A DNA stretch of 64,000 nucleotides. Source: Octopus vulgaris. Its lineage: Eukaryota. Shown piece by piece: positions 39,662-52,066 of this stretch. The stretch's first letter is position 1. Each line of letters starts with the position of its first letter. The translations under genes were made by a program, and so were the position numbers. The notes below the pieces were generated by a model that did no database searches, had not been told where the DNA came from, and saw nothing but the letters and a program-made list of their open reading frames with translations. The DNA lies in the NCBI GenBank assembly GCA_951406725.2, contig OX597825.1:31682001-31746000 (forward strand). Reading direction: 5' to 3'.

Positions 39662-39863
39662 TGTTGTAGGGAATTAGTAATAATTGTACACCCCTCCCAC
39701 ATGATGAATGTAGTAACCTAGTAACTATAAGTAAAGAGAAGTACATGAAGTACCAGAGTATGTAGTAGGTGGTCAGAGATAGTCGTGTCTTTACTGGTTT
39801 TACTAAGTTTACTGTTTACCGAAGTGGGCATTATGACAATCCAACATGTTAAGGATTAAAACA
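39662..39863 (+). mobile_element. Putative 5' LTR of a Gypsy element
   Basis: TGTT..AACA termini immediately followed by PBS-like GTGGTGACAAGGAT. Confidence 0.55.
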
Positions 39864-39864
39864 G

Positions 39865-39877
39865 TGGTGACAAGGAT
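39865..39877 (+). promoter_or_regulatory. Primer-binding site, tRNA-Ser(GCT)-type
   Basis: TGGTGACAAGGAT equals TGGCGACGAGGAT with two CpG transitions. Confidence 0.6.
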
Positions 39878-39994
39878 TTAAACAACTCAGAAGGAATTAA
39901 TAAACTCGATGAGGATTTAAACAACTCACAAGGAATAAATAAACTTGACAAGGATTTTAACAACTCACAAGGAAATAACAACTCACTACAGAAG

Positions 39995-40740
39995 ATATTT
40001 TCTCATACTACGGAAGATATGAGAAAATCTTTCAGGAAGAATGTTAAGATTGGGACAAGATGAACTCACTTAATCTTGACAAAACTAGCTGCAACAAAAC
40101 ATGAACAATACAGTAATTATGTACTCCCAAGAAAACTTTCAGACATAAACTTCAATAACACAATAGATATATTGTATAAAATTTTCAGTGAGAAAAGCTC
40201 ATTGTTGGAAATGTCTGAACATAGAGAGAAACAATGATGAGGACCGCATCACAAATGCAGGTAGAGCAAACAGAAAATGTGAAAAGTTTAAGCTAGATAT
40301 GTTCAAATGCCTGAGTTTTACAGGGACTAACTGCTGAAAAGGATGTAGAAGTTTGAACTAGAATTCTCGCAAAGCTGGAACAAAACCAGGATGTAACCCT
40401 ACAGCAAGCGGCAGAAGAATGTGAAAGGATAGTCAAATTAAGACTTGACACAGAGAAAATTGAATGGAAAGATTATTTCCAAGTAAAATAAGTGAAAAAT
40501 AGTCAGAATAGAGATGAAATGTTTTCTAGAAAAACATGATAAAACCTGACGAAAAATTGTCAATTTTAAAAAAGCGGAGTGCTTTCATTGTGGAAATATA
40601 GGACATATAAAGTCACACATCAGAATAAAGATAAAAGAATAAATAGTATGTCAGAAGAAATTGGTAATATAATGATGAGGAAATTCATGAATTTGAAAAT
40701 CAGAATTTCAAGTGTTAAAATGCAGTTGGATACTGTTAGT
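39995..40740 (+). pseudogene. Gypsy (Mag / K02A2.6-like) gag-protease pseudogene
   Basis: SYYGRYEKIF..LTKLAATKHEQYSNYVLPRKLSDINFNNTIDILYKIFSEKSSL, DMFKCL, TRILAKLE, ECFHCGNIGHIKSH knuckle, MQLDTVS protease site. Confidence 0.8.
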
Positions 40741-40844
40741 ATCTGTAGTTCTGCACTAAAGTTCTGCACTGGGGTTGACATAATCGACCATCCCCTCCCC
40801 CAATGTCCAGGCCTTGTGCCTTTAGCAGCAATATCAAGAAAAGT

Positions 40845-41360
40845 TTAACAGGGAAAATAGCTTTTGTGTGTGGAAGATGCATAGGTACAATAAACATCAC
40901 AAATGTACAAAAAATAGACTCCATCAACTGCCAATGGTGTGAGCTAGAGGTTGTAGAGAGCTTCTGTTATCTAGGTGACTGAATTAGTAGTGGAGACGGA
41001 TGCTCCAAGAATGTAGCTGTGAGAATAAGATTAGGCTGGGCAAAGTTCAGAGAGCTCCTACCTTTGCTGGCAACATGGGGCCTCTCCCTCAGAATGAAAG
41101 GTAGATTGCATGCTGCCTGTGTGCAAACAGCTATGCTACATGACAGTGAAACATGGGCTGTGACAGCTGAGGACATGCATAGGCTTGAAAGAAATGAAAC
41201 CAGTATGCTTTGCTGAATGTGCAATGTCAGAGTGTAAGTATCTTGAAAGAAAAGTTAGGTATAAGAGGTATCAGATGTGGTGTGCAAGAGAGACTGTGCT
41301 GATAAGGCTATGTGATGTGCATGGATGAGGACAGTTGTATAAAGAAGTGCTGATCTCTAA
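40845..41360 (+). pseudogene. RTE-clade LINE ORF2 C-terminal fragment
   Basis: LEVVESFCYLGD..RIRLGWAKFRELLPLL..KGRLHAACVQTAMLHDSETWAVT..LERNETSML. Confidence 0.85.
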
Positions 41361-42030
41361 ATGGTATTTCATCCTATTGAAGTGTACAACATGCTGTATA
41401 ATCGAACCAAGCGAAACCAAGTTTATTGAACGTGGTATCTTTTTAAGAAAAGTCACTTGACAAGATGGGGCTGCACCTTAACGGATGCACCATAACCAGT
41501 TGAGTAGTATTTCTTCCATGAGGAATTGATGCAAGATGGGTCAAAACAATTTGTTGTGATTAATAAAGATTCTCATGAATTCCATTTTCAGTTTCTTTCA
41601 TTTGCGCTATACTCAGCAAACTCTGACAAATTCCTGAGGTAGATCAAGTGGCATTTATATCTATACTGTGGATACCAACTGATAGCCATAGACAGTGAAG
41701 GTACTTCAATTAGCATACTACCAGGTGTATACCCAATCTTTAACTAACTGCTTATATTTATCAACATCATGATCATCATTTGATGTCTGCTTTTCATGCT
41801 GGCATGGGTTAGATGGTTTCACTGGAACTGGTAAGCCAGAGAGCTATACCAGGTTCCAGTCTGATTTGGCATGGTTTCTACAGCTGGATGCCCTTCCTAA
41901 TGCCAACCACTTCAACCACTGGCATAGGCACCATTTACATAACCCCAGCAACAGCCATGGTTAAGATTTCACTTGCCTTAATGTCTCTTCTCAAGCCTAG
42001 CATATCACCAACAGTCTCAGATATAAATAT

Positions 42031-42068
<38 letters not shown>

Positions 42069-42070
<2 letters not shown>

Positions 42071-42372
42071 TGTTGTGTCTGGGGAGAGTCATTTTCTTTT
42101 TGTGCCTTATAATGTAACACACTCACCGGTAAAATTTCCTCTTATTTCTTTTTTTATTTTCCTAAAATTTTCGTTGCATCTTGCAACCTTTTCAATAGTC
42201 TTTATTGATTGCATTCTCACCTGGAATCAATTTTTGTAATTTTTTAAAGACTTATATACACCCTGATACCGTTGGTATCTACATATCAAATTTGAGCGCA
42301 ATTGGATGGAGGATGCCCGAGATTCTAGAAGACACACACACAGACAGACAGAACAGATTTTATATAATAGAT
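42069..42372. mobile_element. Non-autonomous element, possibly Helentron-associated
   Basis: Shares sequence with the 22878 hairpin arms; ends (CA)n(CAGA)n..TTTTATATAATAGAT. Confidence 0.45.
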
Positions 42373-42442
42373 ATACATGGAACATGGATGTTGACTGATG
42401 ATGATGATGATATACAAATATATATATATATATATAGATATA

Positions 42443-42519
<77 letters not shown>

Positions 42520-42690
42520 TTAAGTAGAAGGTAAAATAGCCTCACTAAGGGATAAAAATATCCAATGAATTACTGGTTCATTGCCTAGTATTTTTTGTGA
42601 ATAGCGATATTCATAAACCAGAAATACTAAATTTCTAAATCTCTCGTAGAGACATGTATGGTGGTGGTGCAATAGAATGGTTGTATACTG

Positions 42691-42853
42691 TCAATCTAAT
42701 ACGAACGTGACAGTAGGGGGGTACACCACCGCTGTTTAGCCCTAGTAAGCATCGACGCCTCCTGATGGCTTTGACACATATCAGGAGGCGTCGATGATTC
42801 CTAGGGCTAAACAGCGGTGATGTACCCCTACTGTCACATTCATGTTAGATTGA
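42691..42853. repeat. Hairpin, ~75-bp arms, 13-nt loop
   Basis: CACCGCTGTTTAGCCCTAG..CATCGACGCCTCCTGAT / ATCAGGAGGCGTCGATG..CTAGGGCTAAACAGCGGTG. Confidence 0.92.
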
Positions 42854-42913
42854 TATTCATAAAATAATAGATCTAAATATAAATCTTGGTTTATAAATAT
42901 TCAAATGAAAATA

Positions 42914-43076
42914 TATGGATCAAAACAGTTTGATTCAAATTCATTGGTACTCTTGAGTTTCAAGCATGATGCTAGTCATCAGCTATTTTGATTCAAATTC
43001 AAAATGGATGACGACTAGCATCACACTTGAAACTAAAGAGTACCAATGAATTTGAATCAAACTGTTTTGATCCATA
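42914..43076. repeat. Hairpin, ~75-bp arms each with a decayed hammerhead (42943-42987 -, 43003-43047 +)
   Basis: Minus arm: TAG-CTGATGA-CTAGCA tca TGCTT-GAAA-CTC aa GAG-TA-CCAAT; plus arm: ATGG-ATGACGA..GAAA-CTAAAGAG-TA-CCAAT. Confidence 0.75.
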
Positions 43077-43147
43077 GATGTAACTTCCAATGAATTTGTT
43101 GAGTACTCTTCTTTCGTTTGTTCAGTCACTCGTATATATATGTATTT

Positions 43148-43307
43148 AGGAGTGGCTGTGTGGTAAGTAGCTTGCTTACCAACCACATGGTTCTGAGTTC
43201 AGTCCCACGGCGTGGCATGTTGGGCAAGTGTCTTCTACTATAGCTTCAGGCCAACCAAAGCTTTGTGAATGGATTTGGTAGACGGAAATGGAAAGAAGCC
43301 CGTCTTA

Positions 43308-43376
<69 letters not shown>

Positions 43377-43572
43377 CAGTGTTTGTCCCCTCACCATCAC
43401 TTGACAACCGATGTAGGTGTGTTTACATACCCATAACTTAGCAGTTCAGCAAAAGAGACCAATAGGATAAGTACTAGGCTTACAAAGAATAAGTCCTGGG
43501 GTCAATTTGTTCGACTAAAGGTGGTGCTCCAGCATGGCTGCAGTCAAATGACTGAAACATATAAAAGAATAA
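43148..43572 (+). mobile_element. SINE family A, full copy
   Basis: Head, internal (TG)n, tail. Confidence 0.88.
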
Positions 43573-43724
43573 AACAATACACACACACACATATATATAC
43601 ACACCAAGAGATAGACAGAGAAGGAGGAGAGAGAGAGATAGCAAGAGAGAATATATATGCTCATGTGTTTGTATATGTTTATAAACATACAATCCATTGA
43701 CATGTGCGCATCTCATATATTGTT

Positions 43725-43827
43725 TCCTTCTTCTTCTTCTTCTTCTTCTTCTTCTTCTTCTTCTTCTTCTTCTTCTTCTTCTTCTTTTTCTTCTTCTTCT
43801 TTTTCTGCTGCTGCTGCTACTTTTGCC

Positions 43828-43858
<31 letters not shown>

Positions 43859-44032
43859 CTTCTTCTTCTTCTTCTTCTTCTTCTTCTTCTTCTTCTTCTC
43901 TCCTCCTCTTTCTTCTTCTTCTTCTCCTCCTCCTCCTCCTCTTTCTTCTTCTTCTTCTCCTCCTCCTCCTCCTCCTCCTCCTCTTCTTCTTTCTTCTTCT
44001 TCTTCTTCTTCTTCTTCTTCTTCTTCTTCTTC
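43725..44032. repeat. (TTC)n/(TCC)n polypyrimidine microsatellite
   Basis: Direct reading. Confidence 0.95.
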
Positions 44033-45444
44033 ACTCCATGCAACACCTCCCACACTTATTTGTCTTGTGTCATTCCCCTGCCATGCCCCTCACCATTTAG
44101 TTTATTCATCTCCATCAACAACAGACATTTTGTTAAGTCAATGTCAGTAGATGTGGGTGGGAGGGTGTAACGGAGGAGGAGTAGGAGGAGGAGGAGATGG
44201 TACAGAGTGATATTTGGAGGAAGAGAACTGAGAGTTATGATGCACAGCCGAGAGAAGCAGTGAAAGGCAGTGATGAGGAAACGTGCAGGGTCAGGGTGGG
44301 GCTCTGAGGGTGTTTGCTAAGGAATGGTAGTAAGAGAAAGACAAAAAGAAACTTTAGAATGTGTGGTAGGGAGAACTATTGGGTGGTGGTGATGACGAAG
44401 AAGAAGAAGAAGAAATGGAAGGTCAGAGGTTGATTGGAAGAGAAGGAAGCAAAGAGTAAGATCTGTAAGTTATTTGCAATTAACTGATTAGTTTTGAAGA
44501 ATTTTAGCGAAATGGGTGAGAGAGTCTGAAATGATGTCAAGAACAATAACAACTCTAACAAAGATATAAGAATTTATTAAACCATTTTCTTCATTCTCTG
44601 TTCAATTTCAAGGTATTTATATATCAGGAAACATCTATGGTGGAAAGCAATTATTGATGGTATTATATTGATCCGTAGAAGAGAAATAGATATATGGATA
44701 AAATAATCAATAGCTGTAGAGATCAGAAGTTCATTTTGTGAACACATCTTTCCAGGTTCAATTCCACTTGGATCACTGAGTCAATGTCTTCAACTGTAGC
44801 TTTGGTTTAGTTAATGATTTGTTAATGTCTTCTGAGCTGAATTCAGAAAAAGAAAGCTATCCAAGATGTGGCTGTGTGCTTAGAAGCTTGCTTCCCAACT
44901 ACATGGTTCTGGGTTCAGTCCCACTGTGTGGCACCTTGGGCAAGTGTCTTCTGCTATAGCCTCAGCGTTGTGAGTGGATTTTGTAGACAGGAGCTGGAAA
45001 AAGCCTATCATATAGGAATAAGATGGTCCACATCAAAATCCGAAATCGTTCGATCCGACTATATATATGCTAAGGACTTACCTCCCTTTGTTAGTCATTA
45101 AGGCAGTGGTTTTGTCTCTTTTGAGTTGTTTTAACTCTTGTTTCTAGCAATAACTGGTGCTGGTCTGTACCTTCTATCATTTTTGTGATCTCTATTAAAT
45201 TAGGTTCAAATTTCTAATAGCCACCCATTTAATTTGTTATATATATATATATATATATATATATTCCTCGGCGGAATTTTTACGTTCCGAGTTCAAATTC
45301 CGCCAAGGTCGACTTTGCCTTTCATCCTTTCGGGGTCGATAAATTAAGTACCAGTTACGCACTGGGGTCGATGTAATCGACTTAATCCCTTTGTCTGTCC
45401 TTGTTTGTTCCCTCTGTATTTAGCCCCTTGTGGGTAGTAAAGAA

Positions 45445-45529
<85 letters not shown>

Positions 45530-46848
45530 AGTACACATGCAAACACATGCACATACTTCCAGATGCACACGTACACACACACACATACACACATATGTAC
45601 ATAGGACAATTTTAGCATCTGTTTGGCCAAGTCTTGTATAGAGACCTTTTCAGATTTGTGATCTCTTTGATCTTTGATTGAAGATTTTTTCTTTATACAC
45701 ACACGCACACATACATACGTGCATACATACATACATACATACATACATACATACACACACATACATACATACATGCATAATATACTTACATATTCTCAGT
45801 GAGTTACAGACAATTACAGATTCAGAGGTTGTGGGAAGAGAGAGAATGTGCGATAGTAATGTCATTGGCCATTTAGATACGTCTGTACCAGTCTTCTACA
45901 AATATTCCTCCCACGCAAGCATCCTGAAAATCAGCAAGACAATTATTTATGTCATATCCCAACAAGCTACTTATGTATATGTGTGTGCATGTGTGTGTGT
46001 GTGTGTGTATTTTTATGTATATATGTATGCATGATGTATGTATGCACGTGTGTGTGTTTGTGAGTATGTATCACTTTAGATCAATAGTTCAGTGGATAGC
46101 CAAAGAATAAGAATGCATTCTTCGCATAGATTTTAAGAGGGTTCTCAACCATTCTCAGTTTACTTATGAGAGCAAAGCAATAAAATGTTTTCACATCACC
46201 TGCAATCTCTACAGCTAAAGCTTTCAAATAAAGATCTGTACATTTATCTATACTATTCACTATTTCTTCTGATTCTTTGTGCTTTAAAATCCCATCCTGT
46301 CCAAGTCACGCTTGTCTTTCATCCTTCCTGAACTGATAAAACAAAGTATCAGTCAAGTATTTAAGTTAATTTAATCAACTACTCTCTTTTCATCAAATTT
46401 CTGGTCTTGTGCCTGTGTTAGAAGGTCAAGTGGTATTGCATTGTTTGAAATAATGAAGGATTGGTTTTCCGGTCTTCAGTTTTTCTGGGGTTGAGTCCTT
46501 GAAATTCTTGGTTGCCACCACCACTACCACAATAGCAACAGCAGCAACCACCCCCACCACCCCCACTGCAACAACAACAACAATAACAACTACTCCCACC
46601 ACAACCACCACCACCACCACAACTACCACCACTACCACTGCCACCACAATCACTACTACCACTACAACCACCACCGCCAATATAACTGCCACAACCACTA
46701 CTACCAAGACCACCATCACCACCACAACCACCACAACCACAACTACCACCACTACCACCGCCGCCACAATCACCACCACTTCCACTGCTTAAGTACAAAT
46801 AATTGATCCTCTTAGACACACATACGCCCATCTACATATGCATATATA

Positions 46849-46902
<54 letters not shown>

Positions 46903-47337
46903 AACACACTAGCTTTTAAGTTAATGACTCCGAATGGGAAGATCCGCAAGCAGATCTCTGACTTGTTTTGGAGAATTTGTTGCAATTGCTTCCTCCAGAG
47001 GTATTTCCTTATGATGATCCTATTCGTCACAAAAAAATCCAGTAAAAAGATCACCAAAAATAATCCCTGGATTTTGCAATTAATTTCAGTTATTCCCAAA
47101 ATATATTTCCAAGCTATAAAAATTGTTATCATACAAAAGAAATTAATTGCAATAAGTCACATAAAAAAATCGCCAAAAACAATCGCAATAATGAAAACTT
47201 GGGAATCCAAAATTTCGGGATTGCATGTCTGGATTCAGCCTGGAACGTCAGCCTGATTCCAAAATGGTATGATATGTTGAGCTCTGGCCTCTAGGAGTAA
47301 AGTTGAAAAAGTGTGACACACTGACATACTAACATTC

Positions 47338-47647
47338 TCGTTGGCACGTAAAAGCACCATCCGCTCGTGTCCGTTGCCAGCCTCGCCTGGCCCCCTTGCC
47401 GGTAGCACGTAAAAGCACCATCCATTCATGGCCGTTTGCCAGCTCTGTCTGGCACCTGTGCAGGTGGCACGTAAAAAGCACCCACTACACTCACGGAGTG
47501 GTTGGCGTGAGGAAGGGCATCCATCCGTAGAAACACTGCCAGATCTGACTGTGCCTGATGAAGCCTTCCAATTTCACAGACCCCAGTTAAACCGTCCAAC
47601 CCATGCTAGCATGGAAAATGGACGCTAAATGATGATGATGATGATGA

Positions 47648-47650
<3 letters not shown>
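47338..47650 (+). mobile_element. Family E element with GCACGTAAAAGCACC repeated three times
   Basis: AGGAAGGGCATCC..CCAACCCATGCTAGCATGGAAAATGGACG(GAT)n. Confidence 0.8.
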
Positions 47651-47685
<35 letters not shown>

Positions 47686-48824
47686 GCCATGCTGGACCGC
47701 TGAACTCAACATGTTTTTTTCATTCTTTCTCTGCTTATTTCCTCTTATTGCCTTCTGTCAAAGAGCATAAGCTTGAAACATAAAAGGCTTTTCCCTTTTT
47801 CCCAAGCATCAAACTAATTCACTTGCTTGTTGTTCCTACACCTGTCTTCATCTTTGCTTTTCTATAAATTTCAAGTATATATATACATATATATACATAC
47901 AGATGCATAAGTAATATCACATACACACAGCAAGCTGTGATATCCCTGTAGACATAACACACACATACATCAACACTCGAATAATTCCCAAATATACACA
48001 CACATACAGATGCACAAACACATACACTCACGCACACATGCACACACATACACACACATGCCTGCCCGCATGCACACATTCACACACTCTCACACATATA
48101 GATAGATATAGATATACGTATACACACACATATACTGAATGAGCCATCAAGAGAGTTGACTTGCAAGAAGCAGCAGCTAAATCTCTCTCAAATGACATCC
48201 TTCCAGCTTTTACAAAAAAAATTCCAATTTGATAATGCAATATGAGAGACATTTTGTTTGACAAACAAAATGAAACATGATAGTCACAGCTGGAATGTCT
48301 TCTACTTATAGGAAGTGCTTGATCAGTCCTGGCTTATGACTTCCTTCAACAACAGGGTGAGATACAATTATTAATACACAATAAACAAAGAAAAATAACA
48401 CCCAATACAGATATTTCACAAATTTTAAAAACCAACTTGAGATTTGGTTAAGTGGGAAAAGGTGTGGGATTGCTAAGTGAAGAGCTTTTAGTTCCTATCA
48501 TGTCATAGGCAGTGTGTGTGTCAAAGCTTGCCAAATCGGATTCAAGTACTGGATAATGATAAACTTAAAAAGTGTTAGTTACCTTCTCTCTTTTTTTTTC
48601 TTTTTTTTTTCCTCTTGGCTATATGGTACTTAAAAATATTAACTTTCAACAGTAAGAATCTTATTGAATAACACATAATATCAACTAAATCAGAACTGAC
48701 TGACAGGTGTCTGTACTGGGGAAAGCCAAAAGTTGTCTGCACTTTTGCCAAAACTCTTTTAAGGTTGGCCACACCACCTTCAGTGTTTGCATGTTAAAAG
48801 GTGGGATATTTATGGTTATGTAAA

Positions 48825-49327
48825 TGAGGTTTGATCTTGATCACTCCAACCTTCTTTCTTGTGTTACAGAGTAAGCATGGCCACTCCATTGGCAGTGTGC
48901 ACCAAGCAAGAACAGAGATCACTGATCTGATTTCTCTGGTCTGCAGGTCTATCAGGAGCTGGAATTTGTCACAGGCTTTCAATGCAATTCAGGGACAGTA
49001 CTGTACTGTATCGAGGAGTGTGTGAATGAATAAAGAAGTTTTAAAATGGCTGGGCAAGCACAAAGTTCAAAGAGGGAGCACGATGTCTATCAACTGCCAA
49101 CACTGATGTGAAGATTCAACAAGTTGAATAGATTGTTCTGGTAGACAGATAAGTGACCATTGTTGAGGTGGCATGTCCTTTGCAAATTAGTTCAGCATAC
49201 AAAATCATCCACGACAAGCTTCATTTCATTAAATCTTTGCAATATGGGTACCAAGAGACCTTGTCGAAGCCCATAAGTGCAATTGTGTAGAGATCTGTCA
49301 ATGCTTACTCGATTGCTACAAGACTAT
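48825..49327 (+). pseudogene. mariner transposase 5' fragment (ATG 48877), same family as 36593
   Basis: MATPLAVCTKQEQRSLI*FLWS..VTIVEVA..IIHDKLHF..WVPRDL. Confidence 0.85.
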
Positions 49328-49634
49328 TCTCTCCAAAAAACTTTGCCTTCATAGTTTTGTAGCAATCGAGTAAGCATTGACAGATCTCTACACAATTGCA
49401 CTTATGGGCTTCGACAAGGTCTCTTGGTTCCCATCTTGCAAAGATTTAACGAAGTGAAGCTTGTTGTGGATGATTTTGTGTGCTGAACTAATTTGCAAAG
49501 GACATGCCACCTCAACAATGGTCACTTATCTGTTTACCAGAACAATCTATTCAACTTGCTGAATCTTCACATCAGTGGTGGCAGTTGATAAACATCCTGC
49601 TCCCTCTTTGAATTTTGTGCTTGCCCAGCCATTT
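49044..49634. repeat. Large hairpin: 284-bp arms, 23-nt spacer
   Basis: 49351-49634 is the reverse complement of 49044-49327, roughly 95% identical by eye. Confidence 0.92.
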
Positions 49635-50196
49635 GTTTTTGAAAGGAGTGGATTCCTGATTGCAGCCCTCCCATGAAATCCAGCTTCGTGCACCTCCCAG
49701 AGAACAGTTTTTGTGGAAAATGGGTTCTTGAGGTGGTCATTAAGCTCTGCAGTAATTTTGGGAGCTGTACTTTTGTGATCCTTTCTAACAATTCGCATAA
49801 GAGTCTGGGAGTCCTTGTCTGAACGTTTTGGTTTCCTTCTGGAGTTTTGTTTCGACGAGGAGGTTTTTCCCTCTTTCTCCAAGGCTGTCATTACTTTCAA
49901 GACATACTTCTTGATACACAAAGCATTTCGGCTGTTTTCATTAAGCTAGCGTCTGCCATACAAACACCAACAATTTGACCTCTTTGAAAGTCCAATAGAT
50001 CTGTCATTTTCATAAATTTTAATTACCTTTTTCTGAAGATATCTGAAAAGAAATAGCAATTTTAGCAAAACATATTAAGCAACACTAATAATAAATCAAA
50101 AAACAAAAAAATAAACAAGCTTTTGACAGTTTTATAGATATTTCAAAATTATGATGCTATGATGCTAAGTGTTTCCATTATTTTGTCCAACCCCTG
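49635..50196 (-). mobile_element. Tc1-like transposon 5' half (TIR plus DNA-binding domain, ATG 50007)
   Basis: TA-CAGGGGTTGGACAAAATAATGGAAAC terminus; MTDLLDFQRGQIVG..TAPKITAELN..STKTV..GFHGRAAIRNPLLSKTN. Confidence 0.88.
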
Positions 50197-50656
50197 TATA
50201 TATGTGTGTGTGTACATATATATGCACATTGGTTGAGAGGATTTCTTCTAAGATATTTTGAAATGTTTGTTATTCTTCTTGTCATGAGGATAGAAGCAGC
50301 CCAGATCCCCCTCTCTTTCTCTCTCTCTTTCTCTCTCTCTCTCCCTCCCCCCTTCTCTCTCTCCCTCTCTTGATTAGATGCTGTAGCAAAAAAGCATTGT
50401 TGGGTTTTACAAAATTCTCCCAACTACTTATTCTTTTGCCTTGGAACTCTATTACACCTAAGCCTTCTGGTTGTTGTATCTATGCTGGAATTAGAGCAAC
50501 ATTCACTTTAACAAAGCTATTGTGAATAATTCAGAGTGCTGAAAATAGTAATAGTATGGTTGAGAAGTTTACTTCCCAACCACGTGGTTGCAGGTTCAAT
50601 CCCACAGTATGGTACCTTGAGCAAGTGTCTTTGGTTGATAGAACTAAAAGAAGTAA

Positions 50657-50887
50657 GGCAGCGAGCTGGCAGAAATGTTAGCACGCCAGGCGAAATACTT
50701 AGCGGTATTTCGTCTGCCATTAGGTTCTGAGTTCAAATTCCGCCAAGGTCGACTTTGCCTTTCATCCTTTTGGGGTCGATAAATTAAGTACCAGTTACAC
50801 ACTGGGGTCGATGTAATTGACTTAATCCCTTTGTCTGTCCTTGTTTGTCCCCTCTATGTTTAGCCCCTTGTGGGCAATAAAGAAATA
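50657..50887 (+). mobile_element. SINE family B nested in a family A-like SINE, 14-bp TSD
   Basis: AGAACTAAAAGAAG (50640-50653) and AGAACTGAAAGAAG (50888-50901). Confidence 0.85.
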
Positions 50888-51763
50888 AGAACTGAAAGAA
50901 GCTTATTTAATATTTGTACATATAGATACAAATATGAGTTTGTGTGTGTGTGTGTGTGTGTGTATGCATGTGAGTGCGTGTAGCTGTGTGTGAATGTATA
51001 TTTTTATGTCTCCTTGTCTTGACATTGCGTGATAGTTGTGAATGAGTGTCACTGTCATACAAGCAGTGTCATTCTTCCCAGTATTCTGCAAGAAACATGT
51101 CTGTCTATAGGGAAGCAAGTGAGGTTTACTGACAGGAAGAGAATCTGGCTGTAGAAAATCTGCCACAAGAAATTCCATTTAACCCATGCCAGCATGCAAA
51201 AGTAAACTTTAAAGTGATGAGTCCTGGTCACCCCGACTGCCAAGGGTACCTCAGGCAGGCACCGCTCTCCCTTTCAACCTCTTTAACAACAAGAACAACA
51301 ACAATGATGATAATACAGGTTAGGGTTTCTAACATTAGCAGAAGGCACAAATTTGGGGGTGGGTGAGGTATATGCACTTGATTAAATGAGTCACAGTATT
51401 TGGCTGGTACTTATATACAAGCATGAGTGTGTGTGTGTGTGTGTGTGTGTGCATCTGTGTATAGACACACACCAAGCTTTCAATGATACCATCAACCATA
51501 TTTCACTCACAAGGCAGTGATCAACTCATTGTTGAAAACATTTGGCAACAAAAGTGGCACATTATGGGATTGAACCTGAAACCATGTGGTTGGTTGCAAA
51601 GGAAACTTCATAGCCGTACAGCCATGCTTGTGCCTGTGTCTAAGACTACATTATCATATGTTCTTTTCTTGTTAATCATGTTCAATGAATGGAGATTTGA
51701 CTGTTAGCTCTTGCAGGACAAAAGCCTACACTCTCTTGTTGATATGATATTAACCAAATATTT

Positions 51764-52066
51764 GGAGGTGCATGGCCTAGTGGGTAAAGCAGCGGACTCA
51801 CAGTCGAGGGATCGCAGGTTCAAATCTCAGACCGGGCGATGTGTGTGTTTATGAGCAAAACACCTAAGCTCCATGTGGCTCTGGCGGAAGGTAATGGCGA
51901 ACTTCTGCTGACTCTTTCGCCACAACTTTCTCTTACTCCTTCCTCCTGCATCTTGCAGCTCACTTGCGATGGACCGGCGTCCCATCCAGGTGGGGAACCT
52001 ATCCACCAAGGAAACTGGGAAACTAGCCCTTATGAGCCAGGCAGGCTCGAGAAGGAACAAACAACA
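51764..52066 (+). mobile_element. tRNA-Arg-headed SINE family C (octopus OR-like) with TSD
   Basis: GGAGGTGCATGGCCTAGTGG..GGTTCAAATCTC; TSD CAAATATTT at 51755 and 52067. Confidence 0.88.

Noticed and set aside
46924-47256. 110-aa ORF
   Set aside because: No recognisable domain or splice context
51764-51835. tRNA-Arg gene
   Set aside because: It is a SINE head followed by SINE body and TSD; acceptor stem does not close
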